From NCBI GenBank assembly GCA_965662235.1, contig CBFIGY010000001.1:96001-160000 (forward strand): a DNA stretch of 64,000 nt. The letters are read 5' to 3'. The position numbers were made by a program, and so were the translations under genes. Below the pieces are notes generated by a model that saw only the letters and a program-made list of their open reading frames with translations, made no database searches and was not told the DNA's origin. The stretch comes from an uncultured bacterium. Lineage in GTDB: Bacteria; SAR324; NAC60-12. Positions 39,090-48,081 of the stretch are shown piece after piece. Numbering within the stretch: position 1 is the stretch's first letter; each line of letters begins with the position of its first letter.

Positions 39090-41567
39090 ATGAACCCCTC
39101 TATTGGGAAGCCGCTTTTTCAGTCCACCCTGGTCCACCACTCCGCCGTCTCGCTTCTGCCTCAAGCCCTGCAAGATGCAGCAGAAGACGCGATGGAGCTG
39201 ATTCCAGAAGCCGCCCGTGAACACGTTACCGCCTTCCGGCTCAGTCACGATGGCACCACCGTCACGGCCCTGAGCTACCCCTCCTTCTGGGAGAACCCCT
39301 TTCCTGAGCTCGCTGCCTCCTGGAAGGTCTCTCTGGAAACCGAGGAAGTCAAGTTCCGCACCTTCACGGATTCTTTGAATCCGCCTATTCTTTTTCAAAA
39401 AGAGCAACTGCTGCCTCCGGAGCATCCGCAGTACGCGGCCTTCCGCAAGCTCTCGCAGGCAACGGAAAAGCTGGGGCTCTTCAAGGAGCCTCTACGGAAT
39501 GGCTTCCGGCAGTCTTGGCAACGGATGCTCCGTGCTCAGGGCTACCGCCTTGAGAAGGGCAAGTGGGTCAGCATCCCAGTGGCTTCGGAACCGCCTCCGC
39601 TGGAAGATGACGTGGCCCCGTCTCAGCTTTCGCTGCCCTTTCAGATTCTGCAGCGCTTCGGGTTTCTGGAAGGCGACTTCACCTGCTTTGACTACGGATG
39701 CGGTGACGGCGCGGACCTAGAGGAGCTTCAGCGCCTCGGGGTGGCCGCAGAAGGGTGGGACCCCACCGCTCGACCAGATGCGCCCCTCCGGGAAGCAGAC
39801 ATCGTCAACCTCGGCTACGTGCTCAACACCATTGAAGACCACGAAGTCCGGACAGAAGCCCTCAAAACGGCTTACGCGCTCTCTCAGGAGCTGCTCGTGG
39901 TCTCGGTTCATCTGTTCAACCAGAACGTCTCAGGTGAGCCCTTCCGGGACGGGTTGCTGCTTGAAGACCACTCCTTCCAGAAGTACTACACGCCTCAACT
40001 GCTCAGCGACCTGATTGAGGAGCAGCTGGGAGAAGAATCGGTGGCCGTGGCGCCTGGGGTGTTCTTTGTCTTCAAGGACAAGGGCCTGCAGCAGCGGTTC
40101 CTCCTTGAGCGCAGTCGCTCCTACACTTCACTGGCGCGGCTCATTCAGCAGTTCACCCGTACCCCCGGAGCCGTCAGTGCCAGCATTCCTGCCCAGCTGG
40201 TTCCGCTGCTCCAGCTCAGCTGGGAGCTCGGACGTGAGCCCCATCCGGACGAGGTTCCAGAACTGCAGGACGCCCTCAATGAAGCCTTCGGGAGCTTCCG
40301 GAAGGCCCTCAAGGTGCTGAGCGAGCACCAGCCTCCGGGCCTCTTTGACGCTGCGGCGGCCCTGCGGCGAAACGACCTCAAGGTCTACCTGGCGCTGGAG
40401 CTGTTCAAGAAACGGCGGCCCTACCATGAGCTGGATCCCGGACTGCAACGGGACGTGAAGCACTTCTTCAAAAGCTACACCCAGGCCCAGCAGGAAGCCA
40501 AGGACCTGCTCTTTCAGATTGGCGACAACGCGCTGCTTTCGGAAACCTGCGCCGAGGTGGAAACCCGGGGGCTTGGGTGGATGGACGACGATTCCCTCCA
40601 GCTGCACTCCAGCCTAGTGGAGCAGCTGCCACCCCTGCTGCGGGTCTACGTGGGCTGCGCCAGCCACCTTGTGGGAGACGTCTCCAGCGCCGATCTGGTC
40701 AAGATCCACCTGCGTTCCGGAAAACTGAGCCTGATGCGCTTTGATGACTTCTTTGAGCAGGCACAGCCGAAGATGCTGGAGCGGGTCAAGGTGGACCTGA
40801 GGAAGCAGGAGGTGCAGCTGTTTGACTACTCTTCGCCCTACGAGCCTCCTTACCTCTACCTCAAGTCCCGCTTCATGAATGAGGAAATGCCGGAATACGG
40901 CGAACAGCTGGAGTTTGAGGAACAGCTAGAAGCGCTGGGACTGTTTGACTTCAGCGGATACGGCCCCAACGTTTCTGTGTTTGACAACCGGCTCCATCAG
41001 GCTCGCTGGGAACTTCAGGGTCGGCACCTGATCCGCTCCACCACGCTCCCGGACCTAGACGCCCCCTGCGGAGAGAACTTCCGCTACCGGGACTTCCTGG
41101 AGTGCGGTCCGGCTCAGGAGCATGAGGTGAACAACGTCCCCACGCATCCGGATACCTACACCGCGCTCTACGACTTGGCCACCACGCTGCTGGATCCCAT
41201 CATCGACTACTTTGGAGAGATCCTCCTCACCTTCGGTTTCTGCTCCGCCAGCTTGGCCAAACAGCTTTCCGGCACTCAGCCCAAGACCGATCAGCACATT
41301 GGGCATGAGAGCAACCGGGTGGGCAACCCCGTTTGTGCACGAGGTGGCATCGCTGTGGACTTCCTGGTCGAGGATGAAGACATGCTTGAAGTCGCCCAGT
41401 GGATTGTGGAAGAGCGCCTTCCCTTCGACCGGCTGGTGCTCTTTGGTTCCGACCGGCCTCTGCACCTGAGCCACGGCCCTCAGCACGCCGGCGACATTCA
41501 GATCGCTTCCTCCGGAACGCCTCAGGCCCTCACTTCAGAGGCGCTGCTGGAGCTTGATTCGCTGTAG
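39090..41567 (+). CDS. DNA phosphorothioation-associated putative methyltransferase family protein fused to a C-terminal peptidase M15-like domain
   Basis: LSYPSFWENPFPELAASW, NPPIL.QKE, FDYGCG, GWDP, ADIVNLGYVLNTIED, FQKYY, LRVYVGCA, DLVKIH, LERVKVDLR; C-terminal LLDPIIDYFG..LTFGF..DQH..AVDF..LHLS; GAGGAG SD. Confidence 0.8.
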   Translation: MNPSIGKPLFQSTLVHHSAVSLLPQALQDAAEDAMELIPEAAREHVTAFRLSHDGTTVTALSYPSFWENPFPELAASWKVSLETEEVKFRTFTDSLNPPILFQKEQLLPPEHPQYAAFRKLSQATEKLGLFKEPLRNGFRQSWQRMLRAQGYRLEKGKWVSIPVASEPPPLEDDVAPSQLSLPFQILQRFGFLEGDFTCFDYGCGDGADLEELQRLGVAAEGWDPTARPDAPLREADIVNLGYVLNTIEDHEVRTEALKTAYALSQELLVVSVHLFNQNVSGEPFRDGLLLEDHSFQKYYTPQLLSDLIEEQLGEESVAVAPGVFFVFKDKGLQQRFLLERSRSYTSLARLIQQFTRTPGAVSASIPAQLVPLLQLSWELGREPHPDEVPELQDALNEAFGSFRKALKVLSEHQPPGLFDAAAALRRNDLKVYLALELFKKRRPYHELDPGLQRDVKHFFKSYTQAQQEAKDLLFQIGDNALLSETCAEVETRGLGWMDDDSLQLHSSLVEQLPPLLRVYVGCASHLVGDVSSADLVKIHLRSGKLSLMRFDDFFEQAQPKMLERVKVDLRKQEVQLFDYSSPYEPPYLYLKSRFMNEEMPEYGEQLEFEEQLEALGLFDFSGYGPNVSVFDNRLHQARWELQGRHLIRSTTLPDLDAPCGENFRYRDFLECGPAQEHEVNNVPTHPDTYTALYDLATTLLDPIIDYFGEILLTFGFCSASLAKQLSGTQPKTDQHIGHESNRVGNPVCARGGIAVDFLVEDEDMLEVAQWIVEERLPFDRLVLFGSDRPLHLSHGPQHAGDIQIASSGTPQALTSEALLELDSL

Positions 41568-41680
41568 GCACCTTCCTGATATTCTTCTGCTTTCCGGAGC
41601 CCAACGCGATACAAAGTGATACGGCTCCGGGCTTTTCCCCCAACCCGTCCGGGCTAGACTAGATAAGAGCTTCACCCTCT

Positions 41681-42256
41681 TTGAAACGGTCTATGCCCCT
41701 TCTCCTCATACTCTTTGGCGCCCTGCTTTTCGGGGGCCTCGCCCAAGCGGACGTTCCGCTTTCCGTTGGCCGTCCCCTGCCGACGCTTCAGGTCACCTCG
41801 CCGGGTGAGCTGCACCTGCAGGACGATGAGTCGATCGACTACGCTCCCTGGGACAGCACCAGCACGGTGGGAAAGCCCACGCTGATCTACCACCTTGCCG
41901 GAACCTCTTCAGCCTCTGACCTCAACCGTCGCTTCATTGACCGTCTGAAGACGCTGGAGTTGCCGAAAGGCTCGTATTACTTCGTCACCATTGTCAACCT
42001 CGAGGATGCCATGTGGGGAACCTCCGGGCTGGTCCAGAACTCCGTGGAGAAACGCAAGCGCCGGTACCAGCGGAACATCTTTGTGCTTGATGAAACCAGC
42101 ATCGTCCGCAACCAGTGGGGGCTGGTCCCAGAAAGCTCAGCAGTGCTGCTGCTGGATGCCTCTGGAACCCTAGTCCGCTTCAAGGATGGTCCTTTGACCG
42201 AAGGCGAGGAGCAGGAGTTTGTCCAGCTCATTACCCGCGCTGTTGCCGGTCCATGA
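41681..42256 (+). CDS. YtfJ-family periplasmic protein
   Basis: Signal peptide; HLAG.SSA, IVNLEDAMWGT, WGL.PESSAV, FKDGPL; start TTG 41681 or ATG 41693. Confidence 0.8.
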   Translation: MKRSMPLLLILFGALLFGGLAQADVPLSVGRPLPTLQVTSPGELHLQDDESIDYAPWDSTSTVGKPTLIYHLAGTSSASDLNRRFIDRLKTLELPKGSYYFVTIVNLEDAMWGTSGLVQNSVEKRKRRYQRNIFVLDETSIVRNQWGLVPESSAVLLLDASGTLVRFKDGPLTEGEEQEFVQLITRAVAGP

Positions 42257-42582
42257 ATGCATCCTGGCTCTACCTGTTGCTGGCAATCGGCTTCGAGGTC
42301 TCCGGAACGGTCTCCATGAAGCTCTCAGAAGGCTTCAGCCGTACGGGTCCCAGCATTGCCATGGGGCTGTTTTACCTCACCAGCCTCAGCTTCCTCACCC
42401 TGGCGCTGAAGCGCATTGAGCTCGGAATGGCCTATGCCATCTGGTCCGGACTCGGCACCGCGATGGTGGCGCTCGTTGGCGTGTACTGGTTCCAGGAGCA
42501 TCTGACTCCAGGGAAGCTCCTCTCCCTTGCCCTCATCATTGCTGGCGTCGCCGGCCTTCACCTCTCCACACCCTCTTCATGA
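42253..42582 (+). CDS. Small multidrug resistance (SMR/EmrE-like) transporter
   Basis: WLYLLLAIGFEVSGT (membrane Glu), KLSEGF, AYAIWSGLG; 4 TM helices. Confidence 0.92.
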   Translation: MNASWLYLLLAIGFEVSGTVSMKLSEGFSRTGPSIAMGLFYLTSLSFLTLALKRIELGMAYAIWSGLGTAMVALVGVYWFQEHLTPGKLLSLALIIAGVAGLHLSTPSS

Positions 42583-43625
42583 AAACGCTACTGCCTCTGC
42601 TGTCCGGACTGTTGCTTTCTGGATGTGCCTATTCCGAATCAAAGCCCATGCCCAAACACCACCTCCCGGATGGGACCTTCCGGAACAACTACCTGGAGTC
42701 CATCGACAAGCCCTTCACGGACCTCATCAAGTGGCGCTGGAACGCTGAGCGGACCGACCCCATCTCCTTTCCGCTGGCTCAGAACGATCCGGACTTCCTC
42801 AAGCAAAACCGGACGGAGCCCACGCTCACTTGGATTGGGCACGCCACCTTTTTGCTGCAGTACGACGGCCTGAACGTCCTCACCGACCCGCACCTCACGC
42901 GCCGGGCGTCTCCCGTCAGCTTTGCCGGCCCGGAACGCTTCACGCCCCCGGGGTTGACCTTTGACGACCTTCCGGAAATCGACCTGGTGGTCATTTCCCA
43001 CAACCACTACGACCACCTGGACAAGCTCACGGTCCAGACCCTCTATGAGCGGCAGCCAGACAACCCGCCTCACTTCATGGTTCCGCTGAAACAGAAGGCG
43101 TGGTTTGACGACCTCGGCATTCCCAATGTCACCGAGCTGGATTGGTACCAGAGTGAAGCGTTCAAGGGGTGGACGGTTCACGCGGTTCCGGTGCAGCACT
43201 GGACCAGCCGGAGCCCGTGGGACCGGAATCAGGTGCTCTGGGCCGGCTGGGTGCTGGAGCATCCGGACTTCCGTTTCTTCTTTGCGGGAGACACCGGTTA
43301 CTCACAGGACTTCCAGGACCTTGCCAAGGCCTTCCCGTCCTTCGACCTCGCCGCTCTTCCCATTGGAGCGTACGATCCACGCTGGTTCATGAAGGCGGCG
43401 CACATCAACCCAGAAGAGGCGGTCCGCATTCACCAGGACATCCGAGCCCGTTACTCGGTGGGCATGCACTGGGGGACATTTCAGCTGACGGATGAGCCGA
43501 TGGATGAGCCCCCGGTCAAGCTGCGGAAGGCCCTCAGTGAAGCAGGGCTGGCGGAAGACCGCTTCTTTGTCATGCAGCATGGGGAGACCAAGAGGCTCGC
43601 CCCGTTGCTGGCCACCGAGGAGTAA
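42579..43625 (+). CDS. MBL-fold metallo-hydrolase, NAPE-PLD/RomA-like lipoprotein
   Basis: LSGC lipobox; TWIGHAT, ISHNHYDHLD, FAGDTGY, PIGAYDPRWFM, MHWGTF. Confidence 0.9.
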   Translation: MKTLLPLLSGLLLSGCAYSESKPMPKHHLPDGTFRNNYLESIDKPFTDLIKWRWNAERTDPISFPLAQNDPDFLKQNRTEPTLTWIGHATFLLQYDGLNVLTDPHLTRRASPVSFAGPERFTPPGLTFDDLPEIDLVVISHNHYDHLDKLTVQTLYERQPDNPPHFMVPLKQKAWFDDLGIPNVTELDWYQSEAFKGWTVHAVPVQHWTSRSPWDRNQVLWAGWVLEHPDFRFFFAGDTGYSQDFQDLAKAFPSFDLAALPIGAYDPRWFMKAAHINPEEAVRIHQDIRARYSVGMHWGTFQLTDEPMDEPPVKLRKALSEAGLAEDRFFVMQHGETKRLAPLLATEE

Positions 43626-43627
43626 CC

Positions 43628-44401
43628 ATGCCCACTGCCCTCATCACCGGCGCGTCCATGGGTCTCGGCGCCGAGTTTGCGCGCCTCGCGGCTCAAAGCG
43701 GATACGACCTGATCCTCACCGCCCGGAGTGAAGACCGCCTCAATGCGTTGGCCACCGAGCTCCAGACGGCTTTTTCCTCAAGCGTCCAGGTCGTGCCCCT
43801 CGACCTCAGCCGTCCCGGAGCTGCTACCGAATTGCACCAGGCCGTGCAGGCGGCTGGCAAAACCGTTCAGGTGCTGATCAACAACGCCGGATTTGGACTG
43901 AACGGGGCGTTCCTGGAACACGCGCTTGAGGCGGAGCAGCAGCTGGTGACGCTCAACATCACCGCTCTGACGGAGCTGTGCCACTGCTTTGGTCAGGAGA
44001 TGAAGGCCCGGAATTCAGGCTACATCCTCAATGTGGCCTCCATTGCTGCCTTCCAGGCCGGGCCCTACTTGGCGAGCTACTACGCCTCCAAGGCATACGT
44101 CCTTTCCTTTTCCGAGGCGCTGGCCCATGAACTCAAGCCACATGGGGTGGTGGTGTCGGCGCTCTGTCCGGGGCCTACGGCTACGGAGTTCTTCCAGAAC
44201 GCCGGCATGAAGGGCACTTCCTTGGCTCGCTCACCAGTCCTCATGTCTGCACAAGAAGTGGCGGAAATGGGCTGGAAGGGGCTGTGGCAGCGACGCCCAG
44301 TGGTCATTGCCGGACTCCTCAATCAGGGGCTTGCGTTCTCGACCCGCTTCTCGCCTCGACGGCTGAACACCTTCATCTCCGGACTCCTGAACCGTCCTTA
44401 A
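43628..44401 (+). CDS. Short-chain dehydrogenase/reductase
   Basis: TGASMGLG, LINNAG, YYASK, CPGPT. Confidence 0.93.
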   Translation: MPTALITGASMGLGAEFARLAAQSGYDLILTARSEDRLNALATELQTAFSSSVQVVPLDLSRPGAATELHQAVQAAGKTVQVLINNAGFGLNGAFLEHALEAEQQLVTLNITALTELCHCFGQEMKARNSGYILNVASIAAFQAGPYLASYYASKAYVLSFSEALAHELKPHGVVVSALCPGPTATEFFQNAGMKGTSLARSPVLMSAQEVAEMGWKGLWQRRPVVIAGLLNQGLAFSTRFSPRRLNTFISGLLNRP

Positions 44402-44429
44402 ACACTCCCGACTCACCTCAAGAGGAAGA

Positions 44430-45149
44430 ATGATCGCCTGGAAAGCCCTCAGTTTCCTACTCTTCAGCGCCACGGTCGCCCACGCTGCGGAGATGCAGCC
44501 CATCACCTCTTTCCGCATTGATCGGACCGAAGTCAGCATTGGCGCCTTTCAGGAATTTGCCGATGCCACGGGGTTTGTTTCAGAAGCGGAACGCGAGGGC
44601 GGAGGATTTGAGTATGGGGCCGGCTGGGAACGGCGTCCGGGCTGGACCTGGAAAACGCCCTATGGCGTGCCTGCGGACGACCAGGAGCCAGCGGTGCACC
44701 TGAGTTATGCCGAAGCCGAGGCCTACTGTCGTTGGGCAGGAAAGCGTCTTCCAACAGCAGAGGAGTGGGACGAGGCGGCTTACGTGGAGCACCGACCTTC
44801 GCCTCCAGCGCCGTTTGTTGCCGGGCAGGCCTATCCGTACCCCACTGGGACGTCTCCGGAGGGAGCAAACTGCTTGAACGCGTGCGGACCCAGCCTTTCG
44901 GTGGATCATGGAACGCCACTGATTCGGGGAACCGGGCATGCACGGACGGGCTCCACCCGAGCAGGGGTCAATGGACTGTATGAGATGGGGGCGAATGTCT
45001 GGGAGTGGATTGCGTCGGAAGGCACCCAAGCTCCTACGCGCGGAGGGTCGTGGTGGTATGGCGCCCGACCGATGCATCGCGATCACCGGGCGACCAAACC
45101 CAAGTCCTTTTATGCCGTGTACATTGGCTTTCGGTGTGTGGCTGACTGA
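44430..45149 (+). CDS. Secreted formylglycine-generating-enzyme (FGE/SUMF1)-fold protein
   Basis: Signal peptide; IDRTEV, KRLPTAEEW, NGLYEMGANVWEW, RGGSW, IGFRC. Confidence 0.88.
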   Translation: MIAWKALSFLLFSATVAHAAEMQPITSFRIDRTEVSIGAFQEFADATGFVSEAEREGGGFEYGAGWERRPGWTWKTPYGVPADDQEPAVHLSYAEAEAYCRWAGKRLPTAEEWDEAAYVEHRPSPPAPFVAGQAYPYPTGTSPEGANCLNACGPSLSVDHGTPLIRGTGHARTGSTRAGVNGLYEMGANVWEWIASEGTQAPTRGGSWWYGARPMHRDHRATKPKSFYAVYIGFRCVAD

Positions 45150-45152
45150 GCG

Positions 45153-45653
45153 TCAGTTGGCAAACTCCAGCACCTCCGTGACCTCCTTGATGCCGGCCCG
45201 GGCGCACATTTCGTCAGTGGCGCTGTCGGCACCAGACACCCCGATGCCCCCGTAAAACGTCCCGCCAATGTCAATCGGCAGGCCGCCTTTGACGAGGATG
45301 ACCTTTGGCGCGGCCATCAGTCCCACTTCGTTGACCATGTCAGCGGTGGGCGCCCGGAAGTTCGCTGACGCGTAGGCTTTGCCTTGGCTGACGTCAATGG
45401 TCATTGGAGAAGCCAGCGGATGCCGGAGGAAGGCCGTCAGGTTTCCATCTCGGTTGACCACCGCGACCGAGACCAGGTACCCGCGTCGGTCACACTCTGC
45501 GAGAGCAGCAGCGGCCATTTGTCCGGCCAGTGAGGAGCTGAGCGCTTTCATCTCAAAGGTCATGGGTCCTTCGTCTTCCGCCAGCGCACTTCCTGCACTC
45601 AGGAGAAAGCTCACACCGAGGACCAAGGAACTGATTCGTTTCATCATCTTCAT
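45153..45653 (-). CDS. GlcG/HbpS-family heme-binding protein, secreted
   Basis: Signal peptide; VSVAVVNRDG, SQGKAYAS, GGLPI, GGIGVSGA..DE. Confidence 0.88.
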   Translation of the reverse strand: MKMMKRISSLVLGVSFLLSAGSALAEDEGPMTFEMKALSSSLAGQMAAAALAECDRRGYLVSVAVVNRDGNLTAFLRHPLASPMTIDVSQGKAYASANFRAPTADMVNEVGLMAAPKVILVKGGLPIDIGGTFYGGIGVSGADSATDEMCARAGIKEVTEVLEFAN

Positions 45654-45736
45654 GATTTCTTCCAAAAATAAGGGTCAGAACGCGGGAGTGCATTACCCTA
45701 CTGAACTTTCACCCCGGGGTAAAGGGGGAAAGCTCC

Positions 45737-46354
45737 TCAGAGCAGCTCCAGCCAGTCGGTAGGGCCCTTGCCTTCGCGGAGCACCTGAGGCTCTCCGGAG
45801 GTAAAGTCGATGATGGAGGAATTCTCCGCAAAGATCGTCCCTCCGTCCACCACGGCATCGACCACCTTCCCAAAGTGCTCATGGAGGTCTTCGGCATTGT
45901 CGTAAAGCTCCTCATTGTTCACCCGGAGGCTGCTGCTGAGGATCGGGTGCCCCAGTCCCTCGACAATGGAAAGCGCAATCGGGTGATCTGGCCACCGCAG
46001 CCCCACAGTGCTCCGCGGGGTCAGCATCATCTTCGGAACCATCTTGGAAGCCTGCAGAACCAACGTGTAGGGGCCGGGCAGGTGCCGGCGGATCAGGCGG
46101 AAGATGTCATTGGGAATGCCCTGGCTGTGCTCCTGCAGCTGACTCTGGTTGCTGCAGATGAAGGTCAGGGGCTTCTTCGGGTCCATCTTCTTGATCTGCA
46201 ACAGGCGCTTCATGGCCTTCTTGCTGTAGATGCTGCAGCCAAGGCCGTAGACGGTATCAGTGGGATAGATGATCACCCCATCGTTTTCCAAAATGGACAC
46301 CACCTGGGACACCATCCGGGGCTGGGGGTTTTCGTCATTGATGCGAATGAGCAT
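45737..46354 (-). CDS. Sua5/YciO/YrdC-family (TsaC-like) protein
   Basis: NPQPR, YPTDTVYGLGC, LPGPYT, TVGLRWP, LSSSL, VDGG; looks most like the YciO subgroup. Confidence 0.88.
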   Translation of the reverse strand: MLIRINDENPQPRMVSQVVSILENDGVIIYPTDTVYGLGCSIYSKKAMKRLLQIKKMDPKKPLTFICSNQSQLQEHSQGIPNDIFRLIRRHLPGPYTLVLQASKMVPKMMLTPRSTVGLRWPDHPIALSIVEGLGHPILSSSLRVNNEELYDNAEDLHEHFGKVVDAVVDGGTIFAENSSIIDFTSGEPQVLREGKGPTDWLELL

Positions 46355-46373
46355 GGGACGTATCGAAACAGGG

Positions 46374-47492
46374 TTAAAATCCGGCGGCGGCAACCAGTAC
46401 AAGCTCACGTCGGTGAGACTCTGGGGAGGCCTTAGGCGCGCCCAGCCCCTCTCCATACGTGATGATGATCGGGAGCCCCATCAGGCTCCGGATCCCGTAG
46501 CGAAACCCAACGGCGATTCCCCCAATCGACCGAGTGGCTCCAGGTTCTGAGAGGTAATTGAGCTCCAGCTCCTGAAAGCGGGCGCCATCGACAAAAACGT
46601 AGAGCATCCGGTCTTCGGCAAAGACCGTTTCATGCCGGAGCTTCAGCACCGTGGCGTGGGCGACCCGGAACTCGTTTCGGTAGAAACCTGCCACAGCGAG
46701 GTCACTGGAAAGGCCTCCTAGGCGATGCCCACTGAGCAGGTCCAGTCCGGTTCCTCCGGCTTGGATCAGGGTCGCCTTGATCTCGGAGTTGCCTCCGTAG
46801 TGCAGGCGGTCCTCTAGGGTCACAAGCTGCCGAAGCGGCGTCCGGGTGGCCACGGCGTCTTCTTCCAGGCTCCACGACTCCCAGCGCGTGCGGTTCGCCT
46901 GCTCCACCTCAACCTCAAGGAAGCCCTCCTCGTCCAACAGTCCGTGCCGCGAAAAAGAGACGTCCAGCGCCTGCTCGGAGAAGGACGGTGGCAGGACAAA
47001 ATCCGTCTGGGTCTGGTCCTCAATGGGACTGAAGTGCAGGTTAGACATCCGGGCCTGCACCGAAGCGCGCCACGGTCCTTTGCGGAAGAGGTGTGCGCCA
47101 ACCCGAAGCGTCGAGCGGTTGCCCCGGAAGGCGAGCGGCTCCAGACGGGTGCCCTGGTCGTAGAGGTCGGTTCCGTTTCCTTCAGCCAGGTAGGTGCCCT
47201 CAAATCCGTATTCGGTGGCCAGCCAGTCGGTCCGATCCTGTGTCAGGCTCAGAGAAGGAGAGACCGTCCGTAGCCCCACCTTCAGGGTGCCAATGCCCTC
47301 CCATTCGCTTTCGTGGTCAAAGATGATCAGCGGCGTCGCAAGGCCCTGATGCGAGTTCAGCGGCCAAGCGGCGCCCAGGGCAATGAGGGTGGGAAAGGGA
47401 CGGTCGGCAGCCTGCGCAACTCCACTGCCCAGCAGCAGGAGTCCGCCCAGCAGTCCACTGAAGGACTTAGCGAGGGATGCGAGGCTTTTCAT
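46374..47492 (-). CDS. Hypothetical secreted protein, possible outer-membrane beta-barrel
   Basis: Signal peptide ending AQA; alternating amphipathic strands; C-terminal Phe. Confidence 0.6.
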   Translation of the reverse strand: MKSLASLAKSFSGLLGGLLLLGSGVAQAADRPFPTLIALGAAWPLNSHQGLATPLIIFDHESEWEGIGTLKVGLRTVSPSLSLTQDRTDWLATEYGFEGTYLAEGNGTDLYDQGTRLEPLAFRGNRSTLRVGAHLFRKGPWRASVQARMSNLHFSPIEDQTQTDFVLPPSFSEQALDVSFSRHGLLDEEGFLEVEVEQANRTRWESWSLEEDAVATRTPLRQLVTLEDRLHYGGNSEIKATLIQAGGTGLDLLSGHRLGGLSSDLAVAGFYRNEFRVAHATVLKLRHETVFAEDRMLYVFVDGARFQELELNYLSEPGATRSIGGIAVGFRYGIRSLMGLPIIITYGEGLGAPKASPESHRRELVLVAAAGF

Positions 47493-48081
47493 TTTCAAAG
47501 GTCTTTCGCTGGAAGTTGGCTTCTTGCTCCAACTCCCAGGCGCTCCGGACGGGGGAGGTTGTCGGGGTCGGAAGACGCTGGAGGAACGCCGCAAACAGCT
47601 GGATCAGGGTCTCAAGCTGATCCGTCAGACGGTGCCCACTGGGCAGCAGGTGGAGGGGCAGGCGGTGCTCCTGGCAGAGCTGCAGGGCGCTGGCAACGGG
47701 CACCACTTCATCGTCCCAGCCGTGGACCACTTCGGTGTGACCGGCCTGCGGAGGAGGAGCCTCTTCGGAGAACACTCCCAGATGCACAGCAGGAGCCAGC
47801 AGAAACAGGCCCTGCGGCTTCAAGGTGGCAGAGGCCTTGAGCGACACCCAAGCCCCCAAACTGGAGCCTACCAGCACCAGCGTTTCCGCCTGCGGGTTGA
47901 GTTCCAGAAGATGCGCCACCCGTGGCTCCGGGTCCTGCCAAGTGGAGTAGTCCGGACTGGCCACCTCAAAGCCCTGGGCCTTGGCGACTTCGGCAAGTTG
48001 CGTGATCTTGCTGCCCCAGGGGCCGCTTTCCTGTCCATGAGCAAAAACAACCAGCCGCTTGGCCTGCGGAAGAGAGTTCAT
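47467..48081 (-). CDS. Alpha/beta hydrolase (YqiA/YcfP-like esterase)
   Basis: HGQESGPWGSK, GSSLG nucleophile elbow, HGWDDEVVP, GHRL. Confidence 0.88.
   Translation of the reverse strand: MNSLPQAKRLVVFAHGQESGPWGSKITQLAEVAKAQGFEVASPDYSTWQDPEPRVAHLLELNPQAETLVLVGSSLGAWVSLKASATLKPQGLFLLAPAVHLGVFSEEAPPPQAGHTEVVHGWDDEVVPVASALQLCQEHRLPLHLLPSGHRLTDQLETLIQLFAAFLQRLPTPTTSPVRSAWELEQEANFQRKTFENEKPRIPR

Noticed and set aside
37682..41567. Prophage or mobile island interpretation
   Set aside because: No integrase, transposase, structural genes or flanking direct repeats seen; codon usage looks host-like.
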